64,000 nt of DNA from Candidatus Hadarchaeota archaeon (GCA_964621445.1 CAZUNO010000002.1:13640-77639); one strand, 5' to 3'. Counted from the first letter of the stretch, positions 45,244-55,658 are shown. The notes: generated by a model from the sequence alone, not told the origin. Made by a program: numbers and translations.

Positions 45244-48200
45244 CTAGGGAGCCCTGATAGAGATACGATATTCATCACCCTCCAATTGCCAGCTCTTTTG
45301 ATATGACTCCTCCAATCCACGTCCAAAACTCAGCGATTTAGCCCTTGTCTCGGTGGATATATAATCCTCATAATCGGCAAGCCTATCCAGGCCAGGACCA
45401 TCCACTGCCACCTCGATGAAGTCGTCAACATCAAGATCCATATCCTTTCTCATATCCTGGACTCGCCTCACTATCTCCTTGGCCATGCCCTCGCGTTTTA
45501 AATCCTTGCTGAGCCTGCAATCAACGACCACGGTTCCAGAGGCGAATTCGGAATCCGAATAGTACTCAGGCATCTCCTTTTCAAAGGATACATGTTCAGG
45601 GCGCACCCGGAAATCCCTCTTTTCGGTGTGCAAGATGAAATAATCCTGTTCGTCAAAGGCCTCCTTCACTTCCTTAGGATCCGAATTCAGCAGCCCATCA
45701 ATTACCCGGTTTGCATCGGATCTAAACTCCCTCCCAATACTTGGGAGCTCTGGTTTTATCTCCAGCACGGATTCCACTTCATCCACACACTCAACCGACT
45801 TGCAGTTCGTCTGCTCCGTAAATACCCTATCCAGGTCCCGAAGGGCTTGCTTTACCTCCTGATCCTCGGTTTTCACCATTATCCTGCCCACCGGCTGTCT
45901 GAGCTTTATCCCTGCCCTCTGCCTAGCCGCCAGGGAGGATTCGACCAGTGATCTAACGATCGCCATGGAACCTTCGAGACTTGAATCGGTCAGGCCCTCA
46001 TCGGCAGCTGGCCAGCCCTGGAGATGAACGCTATCCGGCGTCGAGGAGCTCCTAACCAGCTTCTGGAAGATCTCTTCCGTTATATGTGGGGTTATGGGTG
46101 CCATGAGTCTCAGGAGGCGTTCGATTGCATAGTGGAGGCTGAAATAGCAGGCCAGCTTGTCAGGATCCTCGGACTCTATCCAGGTTCTATCCCTGGCCAG
46201 TCTGACGTACCACCTGCTGAGGTCGTCCAGGATGAATTTCTGGAGATCCCTGGTGGCATGCAGAAAATTCATCCCATCCAGGGACTCGGTCGTGCTCTCT
46301 ATGAGCGAGTTAACCCTCGATATGAGCCAACGGTCCTCCGGTCTCAGGTGGCCCTCGACCCGCGAGGCTTCAAAATTCCGGGGGAATTCATCCAGCTCCA
46401 TGTAGGTGGAAGCAAAGACGCAAACGTTCCAGAAGACGTTGATCATGCGCTGTATGGTGGTGAGTTCGTCGAAATTAAACTTCAGGTCCTCCCAGGGAAG
46501 GGTAGCCCATAGCAGGTAGTACCTGAACACATCTGCGCCAAACCTATCCACCACATCGTCGGGGTCAACTGCATTTCCCAGAGATTTGGACATCTTCCTG
46601 CCCTCGGCATTGAGGGAGAATCCGTGCATCAACACCTTTCTATAGCAGGATTCATCGAAGGTTATCACGCTCGCCGCCTGAAGGGAATAGAACCACTTGC
46701 CTACCTGATCTGACCCCTCCATGATGAGATCAGCCGGCCATATGGACAGGGCATCTGGATCTGAAGGGTAGCCAAGGGAACTCCAGGACGCTATCCCCGA
46801 ATCGAACCACACATCTATTATGTCTGGGATCCTTGTCATCCTCCCTCCACATTCGCATTCCAGTTCTATTCTATCTACGCTGGGCCTGTGAGGATCGAAA
46901 TTATCGGGATCTATCTCCGACGTGGAGAGCGAAGCCAGCTCCGTATATGACCCCACCACGGTCATCTTCCCGCAATCGCCACATATCCAGATTGGCATTG
47001 GTATTCCCCAATACCTGTTTCTGGAAAGACACCAGTCCCCTGCATATTCCACGCCGTTCTCATATCTCTCGGACACCCAATCGGGTACCCAATCTACATC
47101 CCCATTCTCCTCGATTATCCTGTCCTTTATCTTGCTTATCTCCAGGAACCATTGTTCCCTGGCCATGAAAAGCAGGGGCGTCTTGCATCGCCAACAGTGA
47201 GGATAGCTATGTTTAATTATTCCCTCGTGGACGTAATAACCGCTTGACTTAAGGTCCTCTATCACCAGGGGGTCGGCATCCTTTACGTACATGCCGTTGT
47301 ACTTGCCGCCCTCTTCGGTGAATCTACCGCCGGCGTCCAGGGGCGAAAAGATCGGTGCCCCTACCTCGCGGCCTACCTCAAAGTCCTCCTCACCATGTCC
47401 AGGTGAGGTATGAACACAGCCGGTTCCCTCCTCGAGATCGACGTATTCCGCCAGGACCAGTCGGTGAAATTCATCCGCCCACTCCCCTTGCTTCGGGACC
47501 TGCTCCAGAAGCGGGTGTTCATATTGGAGACCCTCCAGTTCCGTTCCCGGCATGGTCTCCAAAATCTGGTAATCTTCTATCCCCGTCTGCTCCATAACCC
47601 TTTCCACGAGCTCGGAGGCCATTATCCACTTCTCATCCCCCACCAATACCCTGGCATACTCGAAATCGGGCTTTACCATAACCAATAGGTTTGAGGGAAG
47701 TGTCCATGGAGTAGTGGTCCACACCAGGACGTATTGGTCTGTAGCGTCCCTAATCTTGAATTTGATATAGATGGATGGATCCTCTCGGTCTTCATAAGCC
47801 CCCCTGACCTCATGTTCAGCTAGAGCCGTCTCACAGCGAGGGCACCAGTGCACTACTCTTACATCCTGAACCAGCAGGCCCTTTTCATAGGCCTTCTTTA
47901 TGGTGTCCCAGCCGGCCTCCATGTACTTGGAATTGAATGTGACGTAGGGATCGTCCCAATCCATCCACACGCCAAGCCTCTTAAACTGATCGGTCATGGT
48001 CTTCAAGTGGCTCTGGGCATAACTCTTGCAGGCATCGATGAACTTTTCGACCCCAACCACGTCCTCGATATCCTTCTTGCTTTTCAGATCGAGTTCCTTC
48101 TCCACCTTAACCTCGATGGGAAGTCCATGGGAGTCCCATCCAGGCTGCCTCCTCACGTTCTTCCCCTTCATTGATAGATATCTGAGCACCGCTCCCTTGA

Positions 48201-48420
48201 TGATCTTATTCCATGCCGTCCCGATGTGTATTCTACCACTACAATAGGGGGGCCCGTCAAGGAAGTAAAAGACGGGTTTGTCGGAGTTTCTCTCCTTGGA
48301 TCTGGGGTATATACGGTTCTCTACCCACCAGGACTGGACGTCTTCCTCCAGCCCCTTCAGATCCAGCTTCTTCTGAAGAGCTTCTACAGCCATTTTGTAG
48401 CCCGTCCGGCGGGCTTCCAT
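45244..48420 (-). CDS. ileS: Isoleucine--tRNA ligase (archaeal/eukaryotic type)
   Basis: PPYCSGRIHIGTAWNKI (HIGH), KMSKSLGN (KMSKS), an editing-domain-sized insertion, and Zn-type CPRC / CWRC / CGDCG / CECGG motifs. 1058 aa. Confidence 0.95.
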   Translation of the reverse strand: MEARRTGYKMAVEALQKKLDLKGLEEDVQSWWVENRIYPRSKERNSDKPVFYFLDGPPYCSGRIHIGTAWNKIIKGAVLRYLSMKGKNVRRQPGWDSHGLPIEVKVEKELDLKSKKDIEDVVGVEKFIDACKSYAQSHLKTMTDQFKRLGVWMDWDDPYVTFNSKYMEAGWDTIKKAYEKGLLVQDVRVVHWCPRCETALAEHEVRGAYEDREDPSIYIKFKIRDATDQYVLVWTTTPWTLPSNLLVMVKPDFEYARVLVGDEKWIMASELVERVMEQTGIEDYQILETMPGTELEGLQYEHPLLEQVPKQGEWADEFHRLVLAEYVDLEEGTGCVHTSPGHGEEDFEVGREVGAPIFSPLDAGGRFTEEGGKYNGMYVKDADPLVIEDLKSSGYYVHEGIIKHSYPHCWRCKTPLLFMAREQWFLEISKIKDRIIEENGDVDWVPDWVSERYENGVEYAGDWCLSRNRYWGIPMPIWICGDCGKMTVVGSYTELASLSTSEIDPDNFDPHRPSVDRIELECECGGRMTRIPDIIDVWFDSGIASWSSLGYPSDPDALSIWPADLIMEGSDQVGKWFYSLQAASVITFDESCYRKVLMHGFSLNAEGRKMSKSLGNAVDPDDVVDRFGADVFRYYLLWATLPWEDLKFNFDELTTIQRMINVFWNVCVFASTYMELDEFPRNFEASRVEGHLRPEDRWLISRVNSLIESTTESLDGMNFLHATRDLQKFILDDLSRWYVRLARDRTWIESEDPDKLACYFSLHYAIERLLRLMAPITPHITEEIFQKLVRSSSTPDSVHLQGWPAADEGLTDSSLEGSMAIVRSLVESSLAARQRAGIKLRQPVGRIMVKTEDQEVKQALRDLDRVFTEQTNCKSVECVDEVESVLEIKPELPSIGREFRSDANRVIDGLLNSDPKEVKEAFDEQDYFILHTEKRDFRVRPEHVSFEKEMPEYYSDSEFASGTVVVDCRLSKDLKREGMAKEIVRRVQDMRKDMDLDVDDFIEVAVDGPGLDRLADYEDYISTETRAKSLSFGRGLEESYQKSWQLEGDEYRISIRAP

Positions 48421-48519
48421 CGTTCAGCAGTTAATTAAGTGTTTCTCGTCAGAAAATTAACCCGCATGGTGCCCGACAACATTTAAGATAACTACACACG
48501 GTGCCTTCCCAAGCTAGGT

Positions 48520-49980
48520 GTGTCCTTGGAACCGTTCGAAATGAATGCCCATGATGCAGTAGAGGCAATTCGAGGCGGTGAGCTTACCTCGGTTGAAGTT
48601 ACTAGTTCCGTACTTTCCAGAATAGGTGATGTCGACGGCGATGTTCGTGCATATATATCCGTGGACCGGGAAGGGGCCCTGAAGCGGGCGGCACAAATCG
48701 ATAAACAGCTCTCGGATGGCAAATCGCCGGGCCTCCTGGCCGGTGTTCCGGTGGCCGTAAAGGACAGCATAGTGACCAAGGACCTTCGCACGACATGTGG
48801 TTCCCGGATGCTGGAGAATTTTTCTCCCCCCTATTCAGCCACCTCGGTCAGCAGGCTATTGGAGCAAGGAGCGGTCGTAGTTGGCAAGACCAACTGTGAC
48901 GAGTTCTGCATGGGAACCACGACGGAGACGAGTTACTTCGGGCCAACACATAATCCCTGGGACCTGGACCGGGTTCCAGGAGGTTCCTCGGGCGGTAGCG
49001 CTGCCTGCATAGCGGCGGACGAAGCACTTACCTCCCTGGGTACGGACACCGGGGGTTCCATTCGCTGTCCGGCAGCCTTCTGCGGAACTATTGGATTGAA
49101 GCCAACATACGGCAGGGTCAGTAGGTATGGCCTCATAGCTTATGCAAGCAGCCTCGACCAAATTGGGACCTTGACCAAGGACGTTCAGGACTCCGCACTT
49201 CTCCTATCTTCCCTGGCTGGAAAGGACGAGATGGATTCGACCAGTATTGACAAACCAGTGGAGGATTATCTTGGTTACCTGGATCAGGGCATAGAAGGAG
49301 ACCGCTTTGCGGTGCCCGGAGAATTCATATCCGACGCCACCGATGAATCGGTTGGGAAGGCCACCTGGAAGATTTCCGATGTACTCGAAAATCAGGGAGC
49401 CGAGAGGGTGGATGTGTCCCTTCCCTCCCTGGATTATTCTCTGCCCACCTATTACATCCTGGCCATGTGTGAGGCGAGCTCCAACCTGGCCCGTTATGAC
49501 GGGGTCAGGTACGGATATTCAGTCGAATCAAAGGCCGACTGGATCCAGGCATTCTCAAAGACCCGGGGTAGGGGTTTTGGCCCCGAGGTACGAAGACGAA
49601 TCATTCTTGGAACCTATGCCCTCTCGGCCGGGTATTATGACGCCTATTACAGCAAGGCATTAAAGATTCGGACCTTGATCAAGCGGGATTTTGAAAAGGC
49701 CTACGAGAAGGTGGATTACCTGGTCACCCCTACAATGCCCGTTCCTCCCTGGAAAATAGGGGAAATGGCAGATCCGTTGACCATGTATCTGCAGGACATA
49801 GACACCGTTCCGGTCAACCTTATTGGTGCACCGGCACTTTCCTACCCCTCAGGACTGTCCGATGGACTGCCCATAGGAGTGCAGCTAATCGGTAGGTATT
49901 TCGAGGAAGGCACCATACTCAGGGCTGCCCGGGCCCTGGAAAAGAAAATGCCCTTCCAAAATCGGCCTCCTATACGATAA
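48520..49980 (+). CDS. gatA: Glutamyl/aspartyl-tRNA amidotransferase subunit A
   Basis: AVKDSIVTKDLRTTCGSRMLENFSPPYSATSV, GKTNCDEFCMG, GGSSGGSAA, GTDTGGSIRCPAAFCG, KPTYGRVSRYGLIAYASSLDQIG. The start is GTG at 48520, or ATG at 48541. Confidence 0.9.
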   Translation: MSLEPFEMNAHDAVEAIRGGELTSVEVTSSVLSRIGDVDGDVRAYISVDREGALKRAAQIDKQLSDGKSPGLLAGVPVAVKDSIVTKDLRTTCGSRMLENFSPPYSATSVSRLLEQGAVVVGKTNCDEFCMGTTTETSYFGPTHNPWDLDRVPGGSSGGSAACIAADEALTSLGTDTGGSIRCPAAFCGTIGLKPTYGRVSRYGLIAYASSLDQIGTLTKDVQDSALLLSSLAGKDEMDSTSIDKPVEDYLGYLDQGIEGDRFAVPGEFISDATDESVGKATWKISDVLENQGAERVDVSLPSLDYSLPTYYILAMCEASSNLARYDGVRYGYSVESKADWIQAFSKTRGRGFGPEVRRRIILGTYALSAGYYDAYYSKALKIRTLIKRDFEKAYEKVDYLVTPTMPVPPWKIGEMADPLTMYLQDIDTVPVNLIGAPALSYPSGLSDGLPIGVQLIGRYFEEGTILRAARALEKKMPFQNRPPIR

Positions 49981-50011
49981 ACCATTTTTCAGCAAGGAAA
50001 CTCAACCCTGG

Positions 50012-50254
50012 ATGAGAATTAAAATGGCCATAAATTGGGTTCGACTGGCATGGACCTTGGGTTTCGCGGTGCTTGGGCTTACAGCCATCTTCATCTACAT
50101 AGGATATATGCAAAAATACAACAGGAATTCGCAACTGGTGGAAAAGGAGATCCAATCATCACCCCTTTCAAAGAGACCGGAACCAAAATCCTCATCCAAG
50201 AAAAGGAGAACTCCGAGACCCAGGGAAAGCAGAAGGTACAGGCGCAAGAAGTAA
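50012..50254 (+). CDS. Small single-TM protein with a Lys/Arg-rich tail (hypothetical)
   Basis: WVRLAWTLGFAVLGLTAIFIYIGY followed by ...SSSKKRRTPRPRESRRYRRKK. Confidence 0.4.
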   Translation: MRIKMAINWVRLAWTLGFAVLGLTAIFIYIGYMQKYNRNSQLVEKEIQSSPLSKRPEPKSSSKKRRTPRPRESRRYRRKK

Positions 50255-50286
50255 TCTAAGGATCGTCTCTGGGGCCAGGACATAAT

Positions 50287-51246
50287 CTAATCGGTGACCC
50301 CACCCTCGCCTATGGAAAACACGGTCTCCCCCTCCGCCAGATAGGGGCTGTCCACAAGCCTAGCGATCCTCTTATTTCCCTTGGCCTTTCTTAAAAATAC
50401 CCGGTGGGTGCACTGGTGGGCAACTATATTCCCCCCTACGGGGGCTACCTGATCACCCAGAAGCATATCCACCTTGGCAAGTACCTGATTGGTCACCAAA
50501 ACGGCAAGGTTGTGCATGTCCGCCAGTTTCTGTAGTTCGTGTACGTGCCGGTTCAGTTTTTGTTGTCTCTCGGCCAGCAGAGCCCTTCCCGCATATTCCG
50601 ACCTGAAATATGAGGTGAGGGAGTCAACGATCAGGATCCGGACATTCCAATCATCGGCGATATTCTCCACCTCGCGAACCAATTCCATCTGATGGTCCGA
50701 GCTCTTCGCCTTTCCCACCTTGATATTGGTCAGGATATCCGAGCCGTCCTTATCCAGGTATTCGGCCATCTGGATTATTCTCTCCGGCCTAAAGGTATTT
50801 TCGGTATCGATATACACCACCCTTCCACCAATGCCTCCCTTTTCCTCTGGAAGCTGTACCATTACCGCGGCCTGGTGGGCTATCTGGGTCTTGCCGGAGG
50901 CAAACTCGCCGTACAGTTCCGTAATGGCCTGTGTCTCGATCCCGCCTCCCAGAAGGGTGTCCAGACGCTCGCTTCCGGTGGGTACCTTGCGCACCTGTCC
51001 CCTCTTTTCAAGAATGATATCGGCGGTCTCGAAACCCATGTTCATTACCGATCTCGCCGATCTGATTATCCTCTCCGCCGTATCCTCTGAAATGGAAAGG
51101 TCCCCCGACAGTACTACCGGGGATTGTACGGCCAGGTTTCGTATGGTACTGTAACCAGCCTCCCGCAATTTCTTGGCCGTGGACGGTCCCACTGAATCCA
51201 GGGACTCGATATCATCGGCCTCTTGCTCCGGGCTAGTAGCGGCCAT
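50287..51246 (-). CDS. radA: DNA repair and recombination protein RadA
   Basis: N-terminal HhH (LDSVGPSTAKKLREAGYSTI), Walker A GEFASGKTQ, Walker B ILIVDSL, and the typical C-terminal PVGGNIVAH. Confidence 0.95.
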   Translation of the reverse strand: MAATSPEQEADDIESLDSVGPSTAKKLREAGYSTIRNLAVQSPVVLSGDLSISEDTAERIIRSARSVMNMGFETADIILEKRGQVRKVPTGSERLDTLLGGGIETQAITELYGEFASGKTQIAHQAAVMVQLPEEKGGIGGRVVYIDTENTFRPERIIQMAEYLDKDGSDILTNIKVGKAKSSDHQMELVREVENIADDWNVRILIVDSLTSYFRSEYAGRALLAERQQKLNRHVHELQKLADMHNLAVLVTNQVLAKVDMLLGDQVAPVGGNIVAHQCTHRVFLRKAKGNKRIARLVDSPYLAEGETVFSIGEGGVTD

Positions 51247-53087
51247 TAATTATCACCCGATAATTCCTCCACCATGGAGACTACCTCTTTCCTCGGGTCC
51301 GGTACCTCAACCTCTCCAACTCTAAGACATTCGTTGAGTAAAACCCCGGTGAACAGGAACTCCAATCCCTTTCGAAAACGGGACCTCATATCGTGAACGG
51401 GGCCATCATCGTTGAACAGGGGATCTGATCCCTTTCCGAAGATCGTGCATCGAACCTGGCCTGAGCCATCATCCAAAAGGCAGGAACAGATGGGTATTTC
51501 TTCGCCAAAAGAGGACGTGGTCCTGGCGTCAGTTAAAGCCACGGCTGCTGCGCGTATCTCTGACCTAACGGCGGGCTCCAGGTCCCTGATGGTGGTCCGG
51601 GAAGGGCTCCCCTCCGGGGGCTTTGGTACCTCCTCCTGCAGGTTATTAACCTGGCCCTGGGACGAGACATGGACTTCTCCCAGATCATTGACCTTGACAC
51701 CGGTCAACTTGATTGTGGCCCCCGGCTCCATATCCTTAACACTTTCCACGTGGCCATTCCAAAACACGGTGGTGGTTCTCCCGGTAACGTCTCCTACCAC
51801 CGTCCGTACCAGCTTTGAATCCTCGAACTCCTCGGGAAGCCCCACCTCAATCATACGAACATCAAGATCGACATTGGACATTCCGGGCTGCAGGTCGCAA
51901 ATCAAAGGCTCGAAATCCTCAACTTCGATCACCACACGGCCTCTCCAGCCCACGTGAATCTCAAGTTCATCGTTTCTACCCTTCTTGGTGTATGCGTTTT
52001 CAACCGTGACCTCCGAGCCCTCGACCAGGTTATCGGCCATATCCGCGGCCTCCCCCCAGAGAACGAGTCTGATCTCTCCTGTATCATCGCTAATTATTAG
52101 GTTGGCTACCTTACCTTCCTCACCATTTATGCGACTGAAGCTCCTCTTGCCAAAATTCCTCTCCACCCTGCCACGGACATCCACATCCCTCATCGAATCG
52201 GTTACCTTGGAAATGGGGGTCAGGTTTGATTCAATCTCCGGGAGATCGCCTCCGCTTTCCTCTTTTACCTCAATTTCCGAGGAGGAGGAACAGTGTATCT
52301 CCACGGCATCGTTAAAACCCTCCTTGGTATATGCCCCGGTTATCCTTACGACGCTCCCCTTTCTTAGCCTCCGTATACCTTCAGTTTTTTCATTCCAGAG
52401 GGAAACTCGGATCTCCCCAGTTTCGTCCCGGAGGAAAACAGACACAACCCTGCCCTCCCTACCATCGGCTCTATTGAAGGTGTTCACGCTGGACACGGAG
52501 GACACCACCCCCTCTATGGTCACGTCCCTCATGCCATTCTCGACGTCCCCCACCTTGACCTCGGTTTCCTCTAACTCGGGCATCGATTCCGATATGGCCG
52601 GATTCACCACCAGCCTGCCCCGACGACCTATATGGACTTCCACGTCTCCCGACAGCCCGGTCCTGGTATAACCCGACCTTACCTGAACAACATCTCCCCG
52701 TTTCACTCTCTTCTTCTCAACGGGCTTGGTCTTCTCCCCCCAAAGAACCAAACGAACGTCCCCCGTCTCATCCATGATCCTTAGATTGGCTACCTTACCT
52801 GAACCGTCATCCCGTTCAAATTCACGTACACCGTAGACCCTAAGCACCCGACCCGCAATGTCCACGCTGCTCATTCCCGGGCTAAGGTTCTTGATCTTGA
52901 AGCTGACTTCGGGCGCCTTGAACTTGGCTCCCATCTCCCTGGCCAGTAGCTTAGCCGCTCCTACCTCGCTCAGAAGTCCATAGTGTTCCTTAACCTTGTC
53001 CTGGATCCTGGACCTGAACTCCTCCAAAGTAACTCGGTCACTAACCTTCTCGTATACGTCCTTGATTGCTTGGAGGTCGTCTGACAT
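51246..53087 (-). CDS. rpa: Replication protein A-like ssDNA-binding protein with five tandem OB folds
   Basis: Repeated modules: VANLRIMDETGDVRLVLWGEK / VVSVFLRDETGEIRVSLWNEK / VANLIISDDTGEIRLVLWGEA, plus two more divergent OB units. The N-terminal segment is LSEVGAAKLLAREMG. The stop overlaps the radA ATG (TAATG). Confidence 0.85.
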   Translation of the reverse strand: MSDDLQAIKDVYEKVSDRVTLEEFRSRIQDKVKEHYGLLSEVGAAKLLAREMGAKFKAPEVSFKIKNLSPGMSSVDIAGRVLRVYGVREFERDDGSGKVANLRIMDETGDVRLVLWGEKTKPVEKKRVKRGDVVQVRSGYTRTGLSGDVEVHIGRRGRLVVNPAISESMPELEETEVKVGDVENGMRDVTIEGVVSSVSSVNTFNRADGREGRVVSVFLRDETGEIRVSLWNEKTEGIRRLRKGSVVRITGAYTKEGFNDAVEIHCSSSSEIEVKEESGGDLPEIESNLTPISKVTDSMRDVDVRGRVERNFGKRSFSRINGEEGKVANLIISDDTGEIRLVLWGEAADMADNLVEGSEVTVENAYTKKGRNDELEIHVGWRGRVVIEVEDFEPLICDLQPGMSNVDLDVRMIEVGLPEEFEDSKLVRTVVGDVTGRTTTVFWNGHVESVKDMEPGATIKLTGVKVNDLGEVHVSSQGQVNNLQEEVPKPPEGSPSRTTIRDLEPAVRSEIRAAAVALTDARTTSSFGEEIPICSCLLDDGSGQVRCTIFGKGSDPLFNDDGPVHDMRSRFRKGLEFLFTGVLLNECLRVGEVEVPDPRKEVVSMVEELSGDN

Positions 53088-53176
53088 TGGTATCCTCGCA
53101 GATCCCCATCACCCCAAACAGCATTTAGTCTTATATAGTTTACCGGAGGGGAATCTGAAATTTCCTGAAACAAGGT

Positions 53177-53560
53177 CTACTTATTGAAATCCAGGTCAAC
53201 ACCACAATCCGGGCATTGCCCTCCGTAAGAGCCAAAACAAATCTTGCAGAGGATCTTGCCGCACTCCGGACATGTGAAGTACCCCCTCTTCATGGAGGTC
53301 GTTCCACAAACCGCGCAGGAAATGGTCTCCTTCTCGAAATGTTCAAGATCAATGCCGCAATCGGGGCAATTCAGATCGTTCTCCTTTGCACACTTCTCGC
53401 AAAGCATCTTCCGGCAATATGGACAGCGATAATAACCGGTCTCTGGTAAGGGGGTCTCACAAAGGGCACATACTCTTTCTTTGGCCAATGGTTTCACCTG
53501 GGCTAGAGATATTATTGTCACCGGATCCCTCTCCTGACTTAATAATATATCCGTAACCAT
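53177..53560 (-). CDS. Duplicated 8-Cys zinc-ribbon protein (hypothetical)
   Basis: Two colinear modules: CALCETPLPETGYYRCPYCRKMLCEKCAKENDLNCPDCGIDL and CAVCGTTSMKRGYFTCPECGKILCKICFGSYGGQCPDCGVDL. Confidence 0.6.
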   Translation of the reverse strand: MVTDILLSQERDPVTIISLAQVKPLAKERVCALCETPLPETGYYRCPYCRKMLCEKCAKENDLNCPDCGIDLEHFEKETISCAVCGTTSMKRGYFTCPECGKILCKICFGSYGGQCPDCGVDLDFNK

Positions 53561-53619
53561 TCAAAACGGGCCGCCCGGGAGGGAAAACCTTTTTCCCAAA
53601 ATAATCCCCACCAATATGG

Positions 53620-54351
53620 ATGAAGAGAAGATTCAGGGTGATGCCCGCGGTCGACATTAAGGAAGGGAAGTGCGTGACCTTGGTGGGGGGAGACCCATCC
53701 AAGCGGATTTCCGAGCTCGAGGACCCACTCCTGCAGGCCAGGAGATGGGAGAGATGTGGGTCAAGCATACTACACGTCATAGACCTGGATGGCGCATTGG
53801 GGGGACTTCCCGCCAACCTCGACCTAGTCAAGGATATAGCCCGTAAACTGGATATACCGGTTCAGTTTGGAGGGGGCATTAGAAGCTTGGAAGCAGCGGA
53901 GAAGATATTGAATTCGGGCATTTGGAGGATAATTCTTGGAACCCTGGCCCTACATGAGCCATCGGTAATAGGGGACCTCTCATCAAGGTTTGACCCGGAG
54001 AGGATAATGGTCGCCCTTGATTTCAAGGAAGACAGGGTATTGACCCATGGCTGGAAATCCCGGTCGGATATTGACCCCTTTACTGCTGCCCAAAGATTCG
54101 AAAAATTGGGCGCGGGAAGCGTGCTATTCACAAACGTTGAAGTTGAGGGTAGGATGAAGGGGCTCCCTATGAAACCCATAAGGAAGATGGTTCGATCAGT
54201 TGATATGGAGGTCATTGCCAGCGGGGGCGTTTCCTCGATCGAGGACATAATCTCCATTAAGAGGGCAGGAGCACAAGGGGCGGTGGTGGGTGCCGCAATA
54301 TACACGGAAAGAATTAATCTGCGGGAAGCAATAGACCGAGCAGAGAGATAG
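53620..54351 (+). CDS. hisA: ProFAR isomerase (1-(5-phosphoribosyl)-5-[(5-phosphoribosylamino)methylideneamino]imidazole-4-carboxamide isomerase)
   Basis: RVMPAVDIKEGKCVTLVGGD, LHVIDLDGA, PVQFGGGIRS, VIASGGVSSIEDI, GAVVGAAIY. Confidence 0.9.
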   Translation: MKRRFRVMPAVDIKEGKCVTLVGGDPSKRISELEDPLLQARRWERCGSSILHVIDLDGALGGLPANLDLVKDIARKLDIPVQFGGGIRSLEAAEKILNSGIWRIILGTLALHEPSVIGDLSSRFDPERIMVALDFKEDRVLTHGWKSRSDIDPFTAAQRFEKLGAGSVLFTNVEVEGRMKGLPMKPIRKMVRSVDMEVIASGGVSSIEDIISIKRAGAQGAVVGAAIYTERINLREAIDRAER

Positions 54352-54948
54352 GTGAAGATAATGCTTAAGATAGAGAGGCAAAGGGAGACGAAGGAGACGG
54401 ATGTATCCATTACCATGGATTTTGATGGATCCGGAAAATCCTCGATAAGTACCGGACTACCCTTCTTCGACCACATGTTAACCTCCATGGCCAGACATGG
54501 AAGGATAGACACCGAGATAGATGTTGAGGGGGATCTTGATGTAGACGACCATCACGTTACCGAGGACGTGGGAATAGTTCTCGGCGAGGTGATCCTGCAG
54601 GCCCAAAAGGAAAGACCCTCGATCCGACGCTTTGGGAGCGCCATAATACCCATGGATGATGCGCTTATACTCATGGCCATTGACCTTGGGGGCCGGACCT
54701 ACGTGGATCTAAAGGTCGACTTCAAGAAGGAGTATGTCGGAAGCTTCGTCCTGGATAACATCAAGCACTTCATGAGATCGATGGCCGATACCGCCTACAT
54801 GAATCTCCATGCACACAAGTTATCGGGCAGCGACGATCACCACCTGGCGGAGGCACTATTCAAGAGCCTGGGAATAAGCCTCTCCCAAGCCCTGAAAAAG
54901 GATCCCTCACTCTCCGGAGAGATTCCCAGCACCAAGGGCAGGATCTAG
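54352..54948 (+). CDS. hisB: Imidazoleglycerol-phosphate dehydratase
   Basis: RETKETDVSITMDFDG, TGLPFFDHMLTSMARHG, DLDVDDHHVTEDVGIVLG, GSDDHHLAEALFKSLG. It begins immediately after the hisA stop. Confidence 0.9.
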   Translation: MKIMLKIERQRETKETDVSITMDFDGSGKSSISTGLPFFDHMLTSMARHGRIDTEIDVEGDLDVDDHHVTEDVGIVLGEVILQAQKERPSIRRFGSAIIPMDDALILMAIDLGGRTYVDLKVDFKKEYVGSFVLDNIKHFMRSMADTAYMNLHAHKLSGSDDHHLAEALFKSLGISLSQALKKDPSLSGEIPSTKGRI

Positions 54949-55610
54949 GACGCTTCATTTCTTAGGGCTTTTAGGATAAGGAAAATGGCCACCCTTATCC
55001 CGCACCACACGGTAACCCCCCGCACGTACTTTTCATACTTTACCGGTACCTCCTTTACCCGTAGACCCTTGCGCCTCGCCTCGTACAGCAGCTCCGACTC
55101 TATCTCGTACTGGTTGGCGGTTAGGTCCATTCCTTCAAGAGCCGAGGCTCGTATGGCCTTCAACCCGCTCTGGCTATCCCTGACTGGGTTTCGAGTAATC
55201 GCATTGGTCAGCTTGGTAAGTCCCCAGTTCCCGATCCTCATGATAAGGGGCGCCGAATCGAAATAATTGACCCGGTTTCCCAGAACTATGTCCGCCTCGT
55301 CATTGAGGATGGGCTCCACCAGGTTGGGGATGTCACTCGGGTAGTGCTCGCCATCACCGTCAAGCCTTAGAATGATCTCGGCGTCGTATTCCTCCGCTTT
55401 CTCCAGCCCTTTCCTGTATGCTGATCCAACTCCCTGGTTCCTATCGATCTTGAACACCTTAGCCCCTCCCGCAGTCGCCTCCTGGGAGGATAGATCGGTG
55501 CTCCCATCATCGATCACTATAACGTTGTCCACATACTTTGAGGCCTCACGGGCTATTTCCTGAATGGTTTTCTCCTCGTTGTGGACCGGGATCACGCAAA
55601 TGGTCTTCAA
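54945..55610 (-). CDS. Family-2 glycosyltransferase, polyprenyl/dolichyl-phosphate sugar synthase-like (DPM1/ArnC-like)
   Basis: VIPVHNEEKTIQEIAREA, VIVIDDGSTD, LRLDGDGEH (DxD-type), a short C-terminal hydrophobic helix, and 221 aa. Confidence 0.8.
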   Translation of the reverse strand: MKTICVIPVHNEEKTIQEIAREASKYVDNVIVIDDGSTDLSSQEATAGGAKVFKIDRNQGVGSAYRKGLEKAEEYDAEIILRLDGDGEHYPSDIPNLVEPILNDEADIVLGNRVNYFDSAPLIMRIGNWGLTKLTNAITRNPVRDSQSGLKAIRASALEGMDLTANQYEIESELLYEARRKGLRVKEVPVKYEKYVRGVTVWCGIRVAIFLILKALRNEAS

Positions 55611-55658
55611 GTATAATCCCTTACCGTTTGGCTTGAAAGATATCCCGAAAATGCCACC

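Noticed and set aside
48421-48519. Divergent ileS/gatA intergenic region with A/T boxes (TTAATTAA at 48431-48438, ATTTAAGATA near 48483)
   Set aside because: These are plausible archaeal TATA elements for the two divergent genes. Their distances to the start codons (11-18 nt and ~30 nt) do not let me assign either one confidently without TSS data.
54945-54948. Convergent hisB and GT2 genes share a palindromic CTAG, so that TAG is the stop on both strands
   Set aside because: It is a neat observation, but a 4-nt convergent overlap is common in compact genomes and does not need a special explanation.
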